From: the human T2T-CHM13v2.0 reference genome, Homo sapiens
Strand: one strand, 5' to 3'
NCBI RefSeq assembly: GCF_009914755.1
Contig: NC_060938.1
DNA: 64,000 nucleotides
The notes below the pieces were generated by a model that saw only the letters and a program-made list of their open reading frames with translations, was not told where the DNA came from and did no database searches. Below, piece by piece: positions 1 to 16,596 of the stretch (the first letter of the stretch is position 1; each line of letters opens with the position of its first letter). The position numbers and the translations under genes were made by a program.

Positions 1-124
1 AATTCTGCAGAATCCTATAGGACTGTTATGGTGAAATGAGTTCCACAGTCACTGAATAGAAGTAGGAATTCCCTGTATTGGGAACACAAAGTCTAGCAAT
101 GTTTTCTTTCTGAAACATCTGTAG

Positions 125-445
<321 letters not shown>

Positions 446-1439
446 CATCTGTAGCTTTTCATCAAGGAACAGGTTCTATCCATCCTGATAACAGACTACT
501 ACTAATATATATTTATAACTTAATGACCTGGATAGTTGCATAAAACCCATTTGTAAATTCTGAAAGGGATTTGAGGAGTTTATTTTGTTTTACCTTTTCG
601 GTTATAACTGGGTTATGTTAGTTATAGATGAGACATTATTCTACCACTTCCTGATCGAATTTTGATTTTTTTCATTATTTATTTACCATGGAGCTTAATT
701 TGATTCTTTCATGATGCAAAAAATCATGGGTCAAGTTAGCATCCATTTGATGGATCATGCCACTCCCAGGCTGCTGTCAGAGACTGCCAGCACCCAGCTT
801 TATGAAGAAAATGTCTCTGTAACTGCCAATATTGTTTCTCAGAAGGCTGGATTGATTGTTATGAGCCAATTATAGCTTGTCTAAATTGAGACAATTTTCC
901 TTCCAAGTGGGGATAGATGTCAATTTGATGGAACTCTTTGTAGTTGGGGTAATAAAAGCTACTTGTTTAGCATTTGAGCTAGCAAAGGCATTGTCATTGG
1001 TTTTCAGTGTAGTAGTTTGTGAGTTTCTAACTTAACTGACACATATTTTTCATATTGAATAGCTTATAATGCATTTTCAATGTCTTTACCATTTTTAGTA
1101 GTTTTAGTGTCTTTACCATTTTCAATCAGAGTAACTTAAAAAGTAAAAATATCCACTTTGTTTCTTTAACATCCCACAGTTATGAGCAATTCCAAATGCA
1201 TATCTACTGTCTGTTTAGTGTTTACAATTTCTTCTTTGCCAAAGTGCAAGACCAAGTCAGAGGCATTCATTCATCCACTTGGGCAGACTGAACATTAGCC
1301 CATGGAGCAGCTTTGATAGCTGCATGTTAGGTATCAACAGAGTATTCTGTACAGAAAATGCCTTTGTTATTTTAAGGTAAGTCATCTACAAATAGTATTA
1401 AGTCAGAATTGACTAAGATTTGATCTGGGCATTCTTGTG

Positions 1440-2305
<866 letters not shown>

Positions 2306-2584
2306 GCTGGGCATTCTTAATCCCCCAGGTACCACAGTCATGGATTCCTCCTTATATAGAAGAGGGAGTCAATGGTGGGTTTAAAATCTTAATGATGTGC
2401 AATTGTGAGGTGGACAGTGGAAGGATTTCATCATCAGTGAGGCAGCTGACAGAGAAATGCTGAGTGCTGCCTAGAAGTAACAGGGACTGCACAGTATGTG
2501 GAATGCAAAAAGCTGGTGCAGCAGTAAGCGCTAGTCAGCCTGCTGCTGGAGCTCTGACCACTGAGCTGCTGCACCCCGCCGGTG

Positions 2585-2773
2585 TAGGCAGGGAGAGTAC
2601 ATTGTAGCCACCAGACCGAGAGATTTCAGAGAGCCAATAGACTACTGGTGTGAAGCTTCTCTCAGCCCAATTAATGCTAGGCAGGGAGAGTACATTGTAG
2701 CCACCAGACTGAGAGATTTGTTCAGAGAGCCAATACACTACTGGTGTGAAGCTTCTCTCAGCCAAATTAATGC
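2585..2773. repeat. Local tandem duplication, two copies of 93 and 96 bp
   Basis: taggcagggagagtacattgtagccaccagac...ttaatgc occurs at 2585-2677 and 2678-2773, differing by a few substitutions and a 3-bp indel. Confidence 0.95.
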
Positions 2774-2946
2774 TCCTATTAGGCAGCTTTGTCTTTCCTC
2801 TGTTTGGCATAGTTAGGGATATACAAAGTGTAGAGTTGCTGGGGGAGACCTTCAGAGAGAGGAAGACTTTTTCTGCCTTTTCATCCCATGTGAGGGGTCT
2901 GTAATCATGTCTTAGAAAGCTCTTGTAAGGGCAATCCTGAGAAATC

Positions 2947-3256
2947 TTTTTTTTTTTTTTTTTTTTTTTTTTTTGAGACAGGGTTTGCTCTGTTGCCCAG
3001 GCTGGAGTGCAGTGGTGTGATCTTGGCTCACTAAAACCTCCACCTATCGGGTTCAAGCAATTCTCCCACCTCATCCGCCTGAGGAGCTGGGACTACAGGT
3101 GCGTGCCACGATGCCCAGCTAATTTTTTGTATTTTTAGTTGAGACAGGGTTTCACCATGTTGGCCAGGCTAGTCTCAAATTCCTGGCCTCAAGTGACCCG
3201 CCCGCCTTGGCCTCCCAAAGTGCTGAGATTACAGTGGCAAGCCACGGCACCAGGCC
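2947..3256 (-). mobile_element. AluS-type SINE
   Basis: Reverse Alu consensus with long poly-T; TSD cctga(g)aaatctt. Confidence 0.97.
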
Positions 3257-4029
3257 CTGAAAATCTTAATTGCCTTTGATTTTGGGAGCTTAGATAAAAT
3301 GAAATAGTTTTCATTCTGGAGGATAACAGAGAGTATCTGCCTACAGACTGATCATACCCAAAATCATGTCATTTCAAATTTTGTAGATCTTTTGAAATGA
3401 TGTAGTTAGAAATTTTCAGGTAGAGTTGTAACTTTTCAGTTGACATTTTATGTCCCTTTTCTGCCAATTTCATTAAGAAATAATTGAAGTCTTATAGCAG
3501 GAGAACACAGCAATAAATTGTTGTATAAGGGTGGATCTTCATGGAATACTTAGATCCTTAAGATCATTTACTTAGACATTGAGAAAAATATGAAGGTGAT
3601 TTCACAGGTCCTCAAGTCTGATGATTTTTGCATATGAAACAAGCAAGCACTGAATCTCTTTAACTACTGGCTACTAAAATAAAGCTGCGTGTTTACACAC
3701 TGCCATAAAACATTGACTCATGGAGGGAATGGAAGACAAGATAGTATTTGGGTAGGAAACACTGGGAATCTAAGAATCATAATTCTATTGATTGCTCTGA
3801 GGTTTTAAACAAATCTATAGTCTTTCCCGTTAGGTTTATTAATCAGAAATCTGAGCATTGCAAGGACCGGTACAAGTAGAAGTAGTCCTTGTTCTTAACA
3901 GCAACAACAACAACAATAGAATGGATTGGCCCCTGATATCTCTTCAGGTTTGAGTAAGTCTTAGGTAATTTAGACAGGAATTTATAAGGATCAATCTGAA
4001 TCTTAGTAGGTCAGCATAAATAAGCACAG

Positions 4030-4640
4030 TTCTTAGCCTTTGGATGCGGTCCTTATTCTTAAGCTATAGTCCTAAGGTTTCAGTGGAATATTCAAGTTGT
4101 TTACCAAGCCCTTCTAGATTGGAAGGACATGAATCCTAAACTCTGTCCTTCCAGTATCAGGGAACTGTTGACATCTCTTTCAGGCTTCCAGGTGTTGCTT
4201 TCCACTGGATTCCTTGGATTTTCACCCAGCACATGTGCAGTTCACCTATTAGCTAAGAATTTGAGAGAGTCTGTATGCAGATATTGGGGATCCCCCCATC
4301 TGTAGCTCTCTTCTTTATGCGATTTTTCTGCTCAATTTTTAGCCTTTCTGGGAGCTCTGGATACTTGTTCTGACCTCCAAGCCCAGCAACACTGTCACTG
4401 CTGCATGAGTGTGTCATCCATGCACACAGGCAATGGGAAGTGCCCTGGATAAATGTGGATCTCACCAACTGTGTTCCTCCTTTCAAAGTGTAAGTATTCT
4501 CAGTTTCTGCTTGCTTTTGGTCATTCTCCAGTGCTTTCAAACAACTGGTTTTTATATTTTGTCCAGAGCTTATAATTGTTACTGGCAGGAGGGTTAGTCT
4601 GGCATAAGGAATTTCACCATTCCTGGCAGCTGGAATAGAA
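4030..4640 (-). mobile_element. Ancient L1ME-like 5' fragment
   Basis: Resembles the L1ME 5' end on the minus strand (ctccagtgctttcaaacaactgg...ttataattgttactggcaggagggttagtctg); recognised from memory. Confidence 0.45.
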
Positions 4641-4862
4641 GCACATTTTCATTTTTAAACCTTATTCTCCTTCTTTCTCTTTCCTCTGTCCATCACCAAT
4701 CTTTCCACCACTGGCCCTGGCCTGAGAAGCCTTGGGAACTCAGTAACAAGAGAGGAGCAGAATAGGATGTCAGGATGAAGAGGTAGCTCAAGAATTTAGA
4801 GAATAAAGATGGTTTCCCGCTGCCTGTAAACCTCTCATCAATGAGATCATGAAATACAAAAG

Positions 4863-5310
<448 letters not shown>

Positions 5311-8300
5311 GGACAGGAAACTTCACATGTTTCTTGAGTGAACAAATGAATGAATGCATATGCACAGCTGAGTAATGGTGAGATCATTCACATGGTAAAA
5401 TTGCCTCCTCTTTCACAGGCTGGTTCTCATGTATGCCGGATTGTTGAGGACTTGTCTGAGAGCTGTGGAAAGTATCAGCTGAAGTGCATTTTGACACTGA
5501 TATATGATGTCTTACTTCACAGGAAATAGTTCAGGAACAGCCAGGAAGTCTGAAGTCCATTGAAAATGTGTTAAATGCGAGGTGTCCTGTGAGGTTTCTC
5601 AATCTCTCAGCAGTCTTGAAATTTGTTTCTCGTTGTTTCAGTTTATATGAGCCTGAAAAAGGCCTTTTATTGTCTTGCATCTGTCACTTAAAGATGTCCT
5701 TAACTCAGGAAACAAACCTCACTTATCTTTAGCAGTGTTTTACTTGGATCAAAAAGCAGCTGAATTCAAATGCTTTATGATACCTGAAAAATAACACCCA
5801 GAGGTACCGTTCTAAAGTGACTCTGAAATCCTCCCCTTTTAATAAGAATCTTTCTCCTTTGGGAGCTAATTTTTTGAGGCAATAATCTGGTTCTTGGCAT
5901 TAAACTAAGATTCTTTTATCATTATATGTTGTAAACAAAGCTCTTGCTTGTAAGATGAATGTACGACAAGTTTCAGGGACTTTAAACTTCCCAATAAGAA
6001 AAGGGGCATATAGTTCCCAAAGAATTAACAGCCTCATTCTGTTGCTGAATTAAAGGCCTGTGGGTTAGGGCAGGGAGACTGTCCACAGAAGGGCTTATAT
6101 AGGAGTGATGGAATGTGGTTCCCATTTTCCAAGTGCTAAAGTTGACAAGTTGTCCCCTAATAGATTTTTAGAAAGTACATCATTATATCATCACTTTCAC
6201 TGCATGATTATTGCAGTCACATTAATCCACAGAGAAAGCGTGTGTGTGTGTTGAGATTTTTCTCTTCTGAAGCACAGTCAATAAACAGTTTTGGTTTTAG
6301 TTGGTTTTCCTTTTTCTTGCTATACATTTACATCTGGATTTCTCTTTTAAAATATAATTCCTCCAAAGCAGCGATGAAGATTTTAAAGAAAAAATGAACA
6401 TCTAGTGCAAGACCATAGTCTTTTAATACACAGAAGGGTTTTTTTGATACTCATTAATGTTAATTGCATGCACTAATTTGTAGCCTTGTGAAATCACAAA
6501 TTATATAAGTAGAGTTAGAATTGGCCCTTCTTTGCCACCTATTTTTCCAATAGGAAAACAAGATAAGAGAACATCTATTTGGAAACTTTATTAACATACT
6601 TTCTTTTTTCATTTTAGAGTTTTCTAAAGCTTTTGCCGAGTATTATTATTTTATTTAATTATCCACCTAGGATGAGAATTAATTAAGATATAGAGAAGTG
6701 AGGTGAGGCTGAAATGTGTCCTGGGTAACCAAAGAATTTTAAATGGATACTTTAAACTCAAATTGCATTGTTCCTTTTCACATCTATATGAACATAAAGT
6801 TTCATGAAAGGGCCCTTAAATTTCCTGTTTCATGGGAGTCTTCCTTCATTTCACTTTTTTTTCTTTTTCTCTTAGAATGCTAAATAGCCTCCTCCTCTGG
6901 AGACTAAATTAGATGCATCTTGAATTCATTTCGTACACAAGAAATCTTTTTCTTCCCCATAAGCCGTCAGTACCATTTATATTTTAAATGAAAGGCAACC
7001 CTTTTCATGAAGGAGGGACTCCAACTTTCCTTGGGAATTATCTAAACAAAGTCACGTGTCTCCTTTTCTCTGTTCCATCTTCACATGAGAAAGCATAAAT
7101 CATGTAACCCAACAAATAAACACAATTGACATGTTATTTCTTTTTCTATAGAGACATCAGTTCTTTAATCTCCTATTTCTTGTAAGCAGGCCTGCTTTGG
7201 GGGACTGAAATCCTAATGTATACACAATGGTATTCTGTAAGTAAGAAAGAAACTCTAATGGAACTCTATGTTAGAGAAATTTAATGTAACATGACTATAT
7301 GAATACCTCTTGCTGTTTTGCTTCTCTCATCCCATTTAGCTATAAAAACCAGAAAGCATTCCTGCTGAAAGGAAAGGAACAGCTAGCTAAGAGGAAAAAT
7401 CTAACCGTAAAGTGCTGGCAATGCTCGGTGCCAAGAACCTGAGACTCTCTTTTTTTAAGCATGATGTTGTATTGTGAAGGTTTTATAAGAAGTTAACTTT
7501 AACCTATTAAAAAAAAGAGTGATTTGGAAATAAAGGAAAAGGAGCAATTTTGCCCCCTTATTCCTCTCTAGTATAAACAAGGTATGAGGCTAATGCTTTC
7601 TTGGCATAACATGAAACTCTGAACTAACAAAAGAGGTGTAATTAAAGCTCACCTGGCCTCAGAGGTCTTCTTTCCATAAAAGTTAAGCCATAATGGCTGG
7701 CACTCCGTGGCCAAGATTGGCCCGAGTTATTGGCTGTGACTTTCAATTGGTACAGAGTAGTTCAAAATAAAAGTCATTAAAACAAGTGGTGGAGGCCTCA
7801 GAGAGGAGCAGCTGGGGGAGCCCATTTATGTGTCTGTTTCAGGGATGAGATAGGGGTCGGCTTGTGTGAATGTTGGGTTTGTGAGCCTCTTAAGGCAACT
7901 CAGGTATCTCTTGGAGTCTGTTTGAGAAAGGCCAAGAAAGTGAACTTTTTTCCCAAAGAAAATTAATTTTGCTGTGATTTTTTTCTTGTTTCCTTTAGTC
8001 CAAGTGAATTCCCAACATTCAGCCCACAGGGTGCAGGCAGTGCAGCAAGGCATTCTGGGACTGAGGTTGGGTATGGCAGCTGCACAGATAATGGCTAGGA
8101 GGGCCCAGGTGCTTACTGTGGAATAAATGAATCTTTCCATCACCGGTAAATAAGATGAAGTCTTTCCCAGTCCAAGTCCCAGGCAATAGATGGTAGGTAT
8201 GCCTCCATTCCAAAATGAGTTGCTGGAAAACTAACAGGGGTCTACAAATGGCATAATGATGACCAGAAGCCCGACACCCACCTCAAACACAGAAAAGGCT

Positions 8301-8647
8301 GCCGCTGGATAGTAGAGAGAATTTCTTGGAGGAGGGTTGGCTTGTGGTGGCCAGTTTGATAGAGCCCAGTGGAAGGAGCAGCAAGAAGACCACTTGGAGA
8401 GCTTGTGCCCCAAGAGTTTAAGGACCCACTAGACTGTTGTCTCAGGAATCTAAAGATGAGATGCTATGGCTATTCCCCTGAAGCAGCAGGGTGGAGAGAG
8501 TGACAGCATCTTTGCAGCTTAGGAATTTGCCACACATCCCACCGAGAGGGAGAGGAAGATGCAAGAGTAAGTGTGAGCTTTTTTCTTGGACCAGAAGTGG
8601 GTAATGTGAGAGGCAGCCCTGCTAGAGATATTTAAAATCTGCCCAAT

Positions 8648-8963
<316 letters not shown>

Positions 8964-9100
8964 TCAGCCCAAGAGGACTGCCTAGAGGGGTGAAGTGAAC
9001 CCGACCAGGGGTTGGACCACTAAATTCCCTGGGGCTGAAGAAAGAAATAAAACAGCCAGAGGGAAATGCATTACTCATGTTAAGACAATCATGGTATAAT

Positions 9101-9793
9101 TTTTTGTTTTTTTGCCATGTCTATAGCAAGAATGAAGGCCATTCTCAGTAATGAATGTTGACATCACTCTGAAAGGGATGAACAGTTATTGTGAAGAGCT
9201 CCAGAGGAACCCTGCAGAGGGACTTCAATCACAATATGACTGTAGAACTCAGTCTTCTTGGAAAGAAAAAGAAGAGGCTCTGGGTTGACAAATGGTAGGA
9301 AAATAGGAACTGGCTGTCATTCACACTCTTTGTAGTCACGCACAGAACATGATCAAGGGTGTTACACTGGGTTTCCGTTACAAGGCAAGCTCTGTGTATG
9401 CTCAATTCCCCAACAACGTTGTTATCAGGAGAATGGGTCTCTTATTGACATCCAAAATTTCTTGGGTGAAAAATACATGAAAGGGGTTTGGATGAGGCCG
9501 GGTGTTGCTTATTCAGTATCTCAAGCCCAGAAAGGTGAGTTAATCCTTGAAGGAAATAACATTGAGCTTGTTTCAAATTCAGCTGCTTTGATTCGGCAAG
9601 CCACAGCCGTTAAAAACAAGGATTTCAGAACATTTTTGGATTGTATCTGTATTTCTGAAAAACAAAACAGTTCAACAGGCTGATGAATAAGACCCAAGAG
9701 TTGTCCACCTACAGAAATGAGATGCCAGATGATTCCTAAAACCTATTTGTGATATTTGAATGATGCAGTAAAAGACCTTTATTGGAAAAATAA
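9101..9793 (+). pseudogene. RPL9: Processed pseudogene of 60S ribosomal protein L9 (uL6)
   Basis: Intronless match to RPL9 from ATG (9132) to TAA (9688-9690). The ORF-track peptide [44 protein letters not shown] resembles the RPL9 C-terminal half. It has a pyrimidine-rich 5' leader, 3' UTR, A-rich tail, premature TAG at 9296-9298, frameshifts, and a decayed TSD at 9082-9100 / 9794-9812 (14/19 identical). Confidence 0.95.
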
Positions 9794-11764
9794 AAGAGAA
9801 TTATAGTCTGATGTTCCTACCATGATCTCTGAAGAACCCAAAGATGCGGCCTAAGAAAAGTGGTCACCTTTAACCATTCACCTAGTTTAGGGAGGATCAG
9901 CTTAAAGTACCTATCCAGCCTGAGGAAATCAACCCCAGATGAAATTGATGATAGTCAAGGAAGATCTTCCATGGCCTTTTTCTTTCACTTCTCTTACCTT
10001 ACAACCTTCCGGGAGCCAGAGCCAGACTAGTGAGTCGGGGAGAGCAGAAGCAGGAGAAGACAGAGAAATGGAGAAGGATTTTCTCCACTGCAGGTCTTCC
10101 TGCTGCAGAGCCCTGATCTCTCCGCGAGGAGAAAGTTCTCTTAAATGCAGCTCAGATTCTCACTATTAGGTAAAAGTGGACATTTCTGTTTTTGTGATTT
10201 GTTTTTTGTGTGATTGTAAGTGATCAGAGGGCTTTTTGTTAACTAGGAACGAGTGGATTCCTGTGGGGTCTTCCTACGGTGCTTATGGTTTTGCCTATCA
10301 TCTAAGAATTAATCGAATAATTAGTAATGTCATTATGATATTACTTACTACCTAAGAGGAGTGAATAAGGTATCAACTTTAGATTTCATCCAGGGGTGAA
10401 GGAAAAATTAGCCTCAGACAGTGGGCTTGGATGGGCAGTGTGTTGGACAGGAATAAAGTTGTTTTCTGATTGTAGCAGTCCTTGAGTCAGTTCTGCTCAG
10501 TCAATGTACCAGGAAGATTTAAGAAATTATTTTGTAAAAGACATTGGACGTCTCTTCCCACATCTGACATACCTGTTTGCTGCTCCTGAAGTGAATTTGG
10601 GTAAATAAATGATCAAATAAATGATTTCTGGAGCAGCTGAGAATGTAATTAGAGAATGTAGCACACACAAAAATGAAGGGAAACAATGCAGCCTATTTAA
10701 GATTCACAGACTATATGTTAAATGTTGCTTTGCCCAGGATGGAGTTATGTTTCTTAGCAATCATCCTACCAGTGGGTAGGAATCTAGAAGTAAAAATTAA
10801 TATTACTATTTTTATGCAGTAGAAGAGACATTATATGTAGAGCTCTTGATGGCAGGCATACTGCTACTTTAATAAAGGCTCATTTCAAACATTTCCCAAC
10901 ACTTTATGAGATCGCTTGTAGTTTTGTTTTGTTTTTTTTTAATGATGTGTTAAGTTCTAAAACATCCCGTTAGTAACCTGTTTCTGAAGTAGTTTTCCTT
11001 AGAACATGACAAGGTAATCAGTTCAGAACAGCGACACTCTGCTGGCGAGTGGAGCTATCTCAGGTCAGGTGGACCATCTGTTCTTGAAGAATGTAAACTA
11101 GTAAAATAAATTGTAAGTAAAGATAAAGTTGTTCATGCAGGAGGGGGAAGGAGATTAACAAACCTCTGCAAAGCTCTTGAAAAGCATCATTTCTCTGAAG
11201 TTTAGGGAGTCCCCTTAAGGAAATGGTGATTAGCACAAAAGCTGCAGGGTGTCTGATAATTAACATTTTTATTTGTGTTTTTATTTAATTAATGCCTGCT
11301 CATCTACTCAGCTTCATGAGAGCAAGGACTCACTGTCTATTAGGTTTTAAATGCTGCCCAAGTCTACAATCCTTTGATTTCTTTTCTTTCTTTTCCCCTC
11401 ATTATCAAAAGTATTTCCCTGAAAAGAATACTGCCTGTTGTCTCTCTGTTTCTCCCTGTCATCAACAACTTCTCCCATTTGGCCACGCAGACTCCCCACA
11501 TTGCCAGCTTCTATCTCAGGACATAGGGAGTGAGGCTTGCTTAGGCATATACAGGCATGCTGCAGGATGAATGAGGTCAGGAAATACTGGTCCTTTTGAG
11601 CCTCGGAGGTACTGTGTCTTCTCAAGCCCAGGGAAAAGCCTAGCTTCTTTGAGAAAATCCAGAAGTGGTAACTGGACTTCAGTGAATAGCCCTTTAATTT
11701 TGGTTGATAAATGTTTACTGGTAAAAGCATACTTGAGATTAAAAACAAAGGTAAATATTCTTAC

Positions 11765-12458
<694 letters not shown>

Positions 12459-12560
12459 CTTGCATTGTACAAGGGCTGATAGGTACATTTGAAAAAATCA
12501 AATGCAGAAATGAGCACCAGCATTTGGTCTTTATTCTGGAGGCTCTTCTCCTTTTTGTTA

Positions 12561-12905
<345 letters not shown>

Positions 12906-13311
12906 AGTAAGCAGACTATTTTTTTCCTTTTAAGGAGGGAGCAGGCAATAAGGAGACAGAATTCCTAAAGAAGCAGAGCACCTAGTCCAAGATCCTGTTT
13001 CTTAATCCGGTTGTCTGTGGATTCCCATTTTACAGCTTCCTCTGTCCTCTATTTGTTTTCAGCAAATTTGTACTCATCAACTCTCTCTCCAACAAGTGAT
13101 TTCAAGTTATTCTTGAAAAGTGAATGGCTTCTGGTTTTATGCATTGGTTCTTATGATTGGCAACTAATCTAGAAAGCCAGGACAGCTTTCCTCCTTGGAA
13201 CGTATAACTAGGGCCTTTCTTCCTTCAGAGAGACACTTGATTAAGAAAACTTTTTAACAAAAAAGTTCTCTAACACGCACTTTAAAAATTTCAAGTAACT
13301 TGTGTGTACAG

Positions 13312-13330
13312 ACACACGCGCGCGCGCACA

Positions 13331-13365
<35 letters not shown>
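13312..13365. repeat. Compound (CG)n/(CA)n microsatellite
   Basis: acacacgcgcgcgcgcacacgcgcacacacacaca... read directly. Confidence 0.97.
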
Positions 13366-13369
<4 letters not shown>

Positions 13370-13859
13370 TTTACTAATGGAAAGGCAGCTTTAAAGCAAA
13401 GGCAATGAAATCTTTTCATTCCTTCCGGACTGTGGTCCAAGGTGAATATATTAGTAGAGCTTCATATTTACCTAATGGTTTCCAGAAGCCAATGCGATAG
13501 CTTTGATTAATGCTGCCTCATAATGCCAATGATGTGTACCCCAGTAAATCATCAGAACACTTCCCCGTGGTAATATATCAAAGACATTCATTACAGGCTA
13601 CTGTGGCTCAGGTGATATATTACTCAGGGGAAAAACATACCCAACTACCCAAAGGCCATATTGTGTGCACTTGGGTAGAATTAAGCCAGGCTACTTTTCC
13701 ATGGAATCTGTTTGCAACTTTGAGAGTGGTCAGAGAACTTTTGTTTTTTTTTTTTTCCAAACACCAGTGAAATACTTCTCAAATTTGCATGATTCTTTTG
13801 TTCCAAAGGACCAAAACTCTCCGTAAGTGCAAATGCATGTGAAAAATGTTGAACACAGG

Positions 13860-14080
13860 TTAAAAGCATGGATTTTGGAGTGACACCTGGGTTTGAATGC
13901 CAGCTCTCTGGCTTGATGGGTTATGTGGTCTTAAGCAAGTCAGTCATTTAGAGTTCTGGTGAAGTGGGAAGTATTTGTGTATGTGATATCTACAATTGTC
14001 TGTAAAGGATGACCTGGGATTGAACATATAAAGTAGACTACTTAGTCCTTGTTCCCTAATGAGCCAATAAATGGTAGCTA
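13860..14080 (+). mobile_element. MIR SINE fragment
   Basis: aaagcatggattttggagt...cctgggtttgaatgccagctct core motif. Confidence 0.6.
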
Positions 14081-15025
14081 GTTACAAATGTTCCAGCAGG
14101 GAACTCCTGACCAACATTTCTACACCCAACTTGGAATCTTCCCAAAATAATTACGTTGAGCTGCTTTGAGTAACTAGGTTTATATAGGAGTCATGGTTGA
14201 TGATCCAGATAATGTCCTCCTAATTGGAAATCATAAAGCAAAGTTGCAGGGCAGTGCTAAGTAGCTGGCCCAGTAGGCCCTGTCCTACTTGAGCCAGCTC
14301 CTTGCCTGTCAGTAATGACCAGCTTAGTGATGTGATTTGAGCATAGAATACCCTGTGGAGCCATGTGGATGGCATTGCAGAGAGAGAAGAAAAACTGATC
14401 ATTCTGGTTCTTGCCCCATGATTTTGACCCTCAGTGCTGGAGGTGAAAGAAAAACATGAAACTGGAGAGATAGCCCTTTCCACCAAGCTTAGCTGAAATA
14501 ATCTGGTTTCAAGCATCCCAGATCATCTCTGCCAAATGTTGGTCCCAGCTGAGCCTCTACTGGTCTGATCTCTCAATCAGCAAAACCCATGGATACCTTT
14601 TAAAAATTGTCCCACTTGGATTGTTTTAGAAATCTACCTGTGCCTCATGTGAACAACTTGTGGGGAAAAATTATATTTCTTACACATATAATATAACAAT
14701 AGCACAAACAAGGAATTTTTCTATAATTTCACCAGCCTGACACACACAGTTTTATTGTCCTATAATCCTCCCCAAGATTTATGCTGTGCATGGTTTTATA
14801 TAATTACATTATTACATAGGTATAATATTTAGATTGATTTTATTAGATAAGCAATGCATGAATATATATGTCCTGTAAAAATTCAAAACAATAGAAGTCT
14901 ATAGAGCTAAAAGTGAAAGTCTTCATTACCTCATCCAAATCAGTTTTAGTTTTGTTATCATTTTGTTTTTTTCAAAAGTGAAATCAACTGTAAGTGTTGT
15001 CTGTGACTTCCTTTTATTCTCTTAA

Positions 15026-15384
<359 letters not shown>

Positions 15385-16278
15385 TTCATTTAATATTTTT
15401 ATAAGTATTTCTTCATGTTGCCAAATATTTTTATAATTTTTTTGAATGATGGGCGTGAGTGGGATTGAGACTTGGTGGCTTATTTATCGGATATAAAATA
15501 AGCTATCTCCAAATGGCATGATCCCAAATGAGCAGTGCTTATTTGGTACTGAGTTTATTGGAGAATCATAGAATGGTTCACCAAAAAGGGTTTCAGCCTA
15601 TTCCCATTTTACAGATGAGGCAACCGAAGCTCCTAAATGGAGCACAGGAAGCAGAATGTCTTGCAGATCTGAGGTTGAGGACCACATGTAAGAAGGAGCT
15701 TGGGTACCCGATGACTTCCTTGAGGAGTGTGCCAGCCCTGGGTTGCCCAAACCTGGACTTCTTATTACATGACAAAAAAACCCAGCTTTTGGTTTGGTCA
15801 CTGTAGTGGGGTTTCTATTACATGTAGCCACATACACTCCCTACTGACACAGCTATGTTCATTCATTCATTTATTCACTCACCAAACAGTTATTTAGTTT
15901 TAGTCATGTGCCTGCAATGTACAGGCTATGTTCATAACACTAATAGCTAGCATTTATGGAATACTTAGTACATACAATGCTTATGCCGAGAACTTTACAT
16001 GTCTGTTCATTTTGTATTCACCACAACCCTCCAAAGTAGATATTATTATCCTAATTTTACAAATGAAGAAACTGAAACTCAGATGAAATAACCTACTCAA
16101 CAGCACCCAAGTAATAAGCTCCAAAGCCTCTCTGACACTTAACTGCAAGAAATTTCACTTTATTTATCCTTTGGGACATAGGAACCCATACAATTTTTTC
16201 TTTGGGTTTTTTTTTTTTTTTAGAAAGATCAAATTCCATCTTTATAATCACACTGTGAATTAGATGTAGTTATTCCCA

Positions 16279-16596
16279 TTTTCTTTTTCTTTCTTTCTTT
16301 TCTTTTTTAGACAGGATCTCGCTCTGTTGCTTAGGCTAGAGTGCAGTGGTGTAATCATAGCTCACTGCAGCCTCGACCCCCACCTTGGACTCATGCAATC
16401 CTCCCGCCTCACTCTCCCAAGTAGCTGGGACCACAGGTATGTGCCACCATACCTAGATAATGTTTTAAACTTTTCTGTAGAGACAGGGGTCTCCCTATGT
16501 TGCCCAGGCTGGTTGGAACTCCTGGCCTCAGGCGATCCTTCCACCTCAGCCTCCCAAAGTGCTAGGAATTACAAGCGTGAGCCACTACAACTGGCC
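16279..16596 (-). mobile_element. AluJ-type SINE
   Basis: Reverse Alu, diverged, with AluJ-like atcatagctcactgcagcctc. Confidence 0.92.

Noticed and set aside
2535-3074. 179-aa ORF with an internal peptide repeat
   Set aside because: It is a chimera of an Alu tail and degraded ERV sequence; the repeat comes from the 93/96-bp DNA duplication.
5400-7800. Additional splice-like signals and possible enhancer in AT-rich unique DNA
   Set aside because: Isolated AG/GT motifs with no consistent reading frame; cannot be supported without expression or conservation data.
9462-9683. Functional RPL9 paralogue
   Set aside because: Upstream deletion, frameshifts and a premature stop; intronless with a tail and TSDs, so it is a processed pseudogene.
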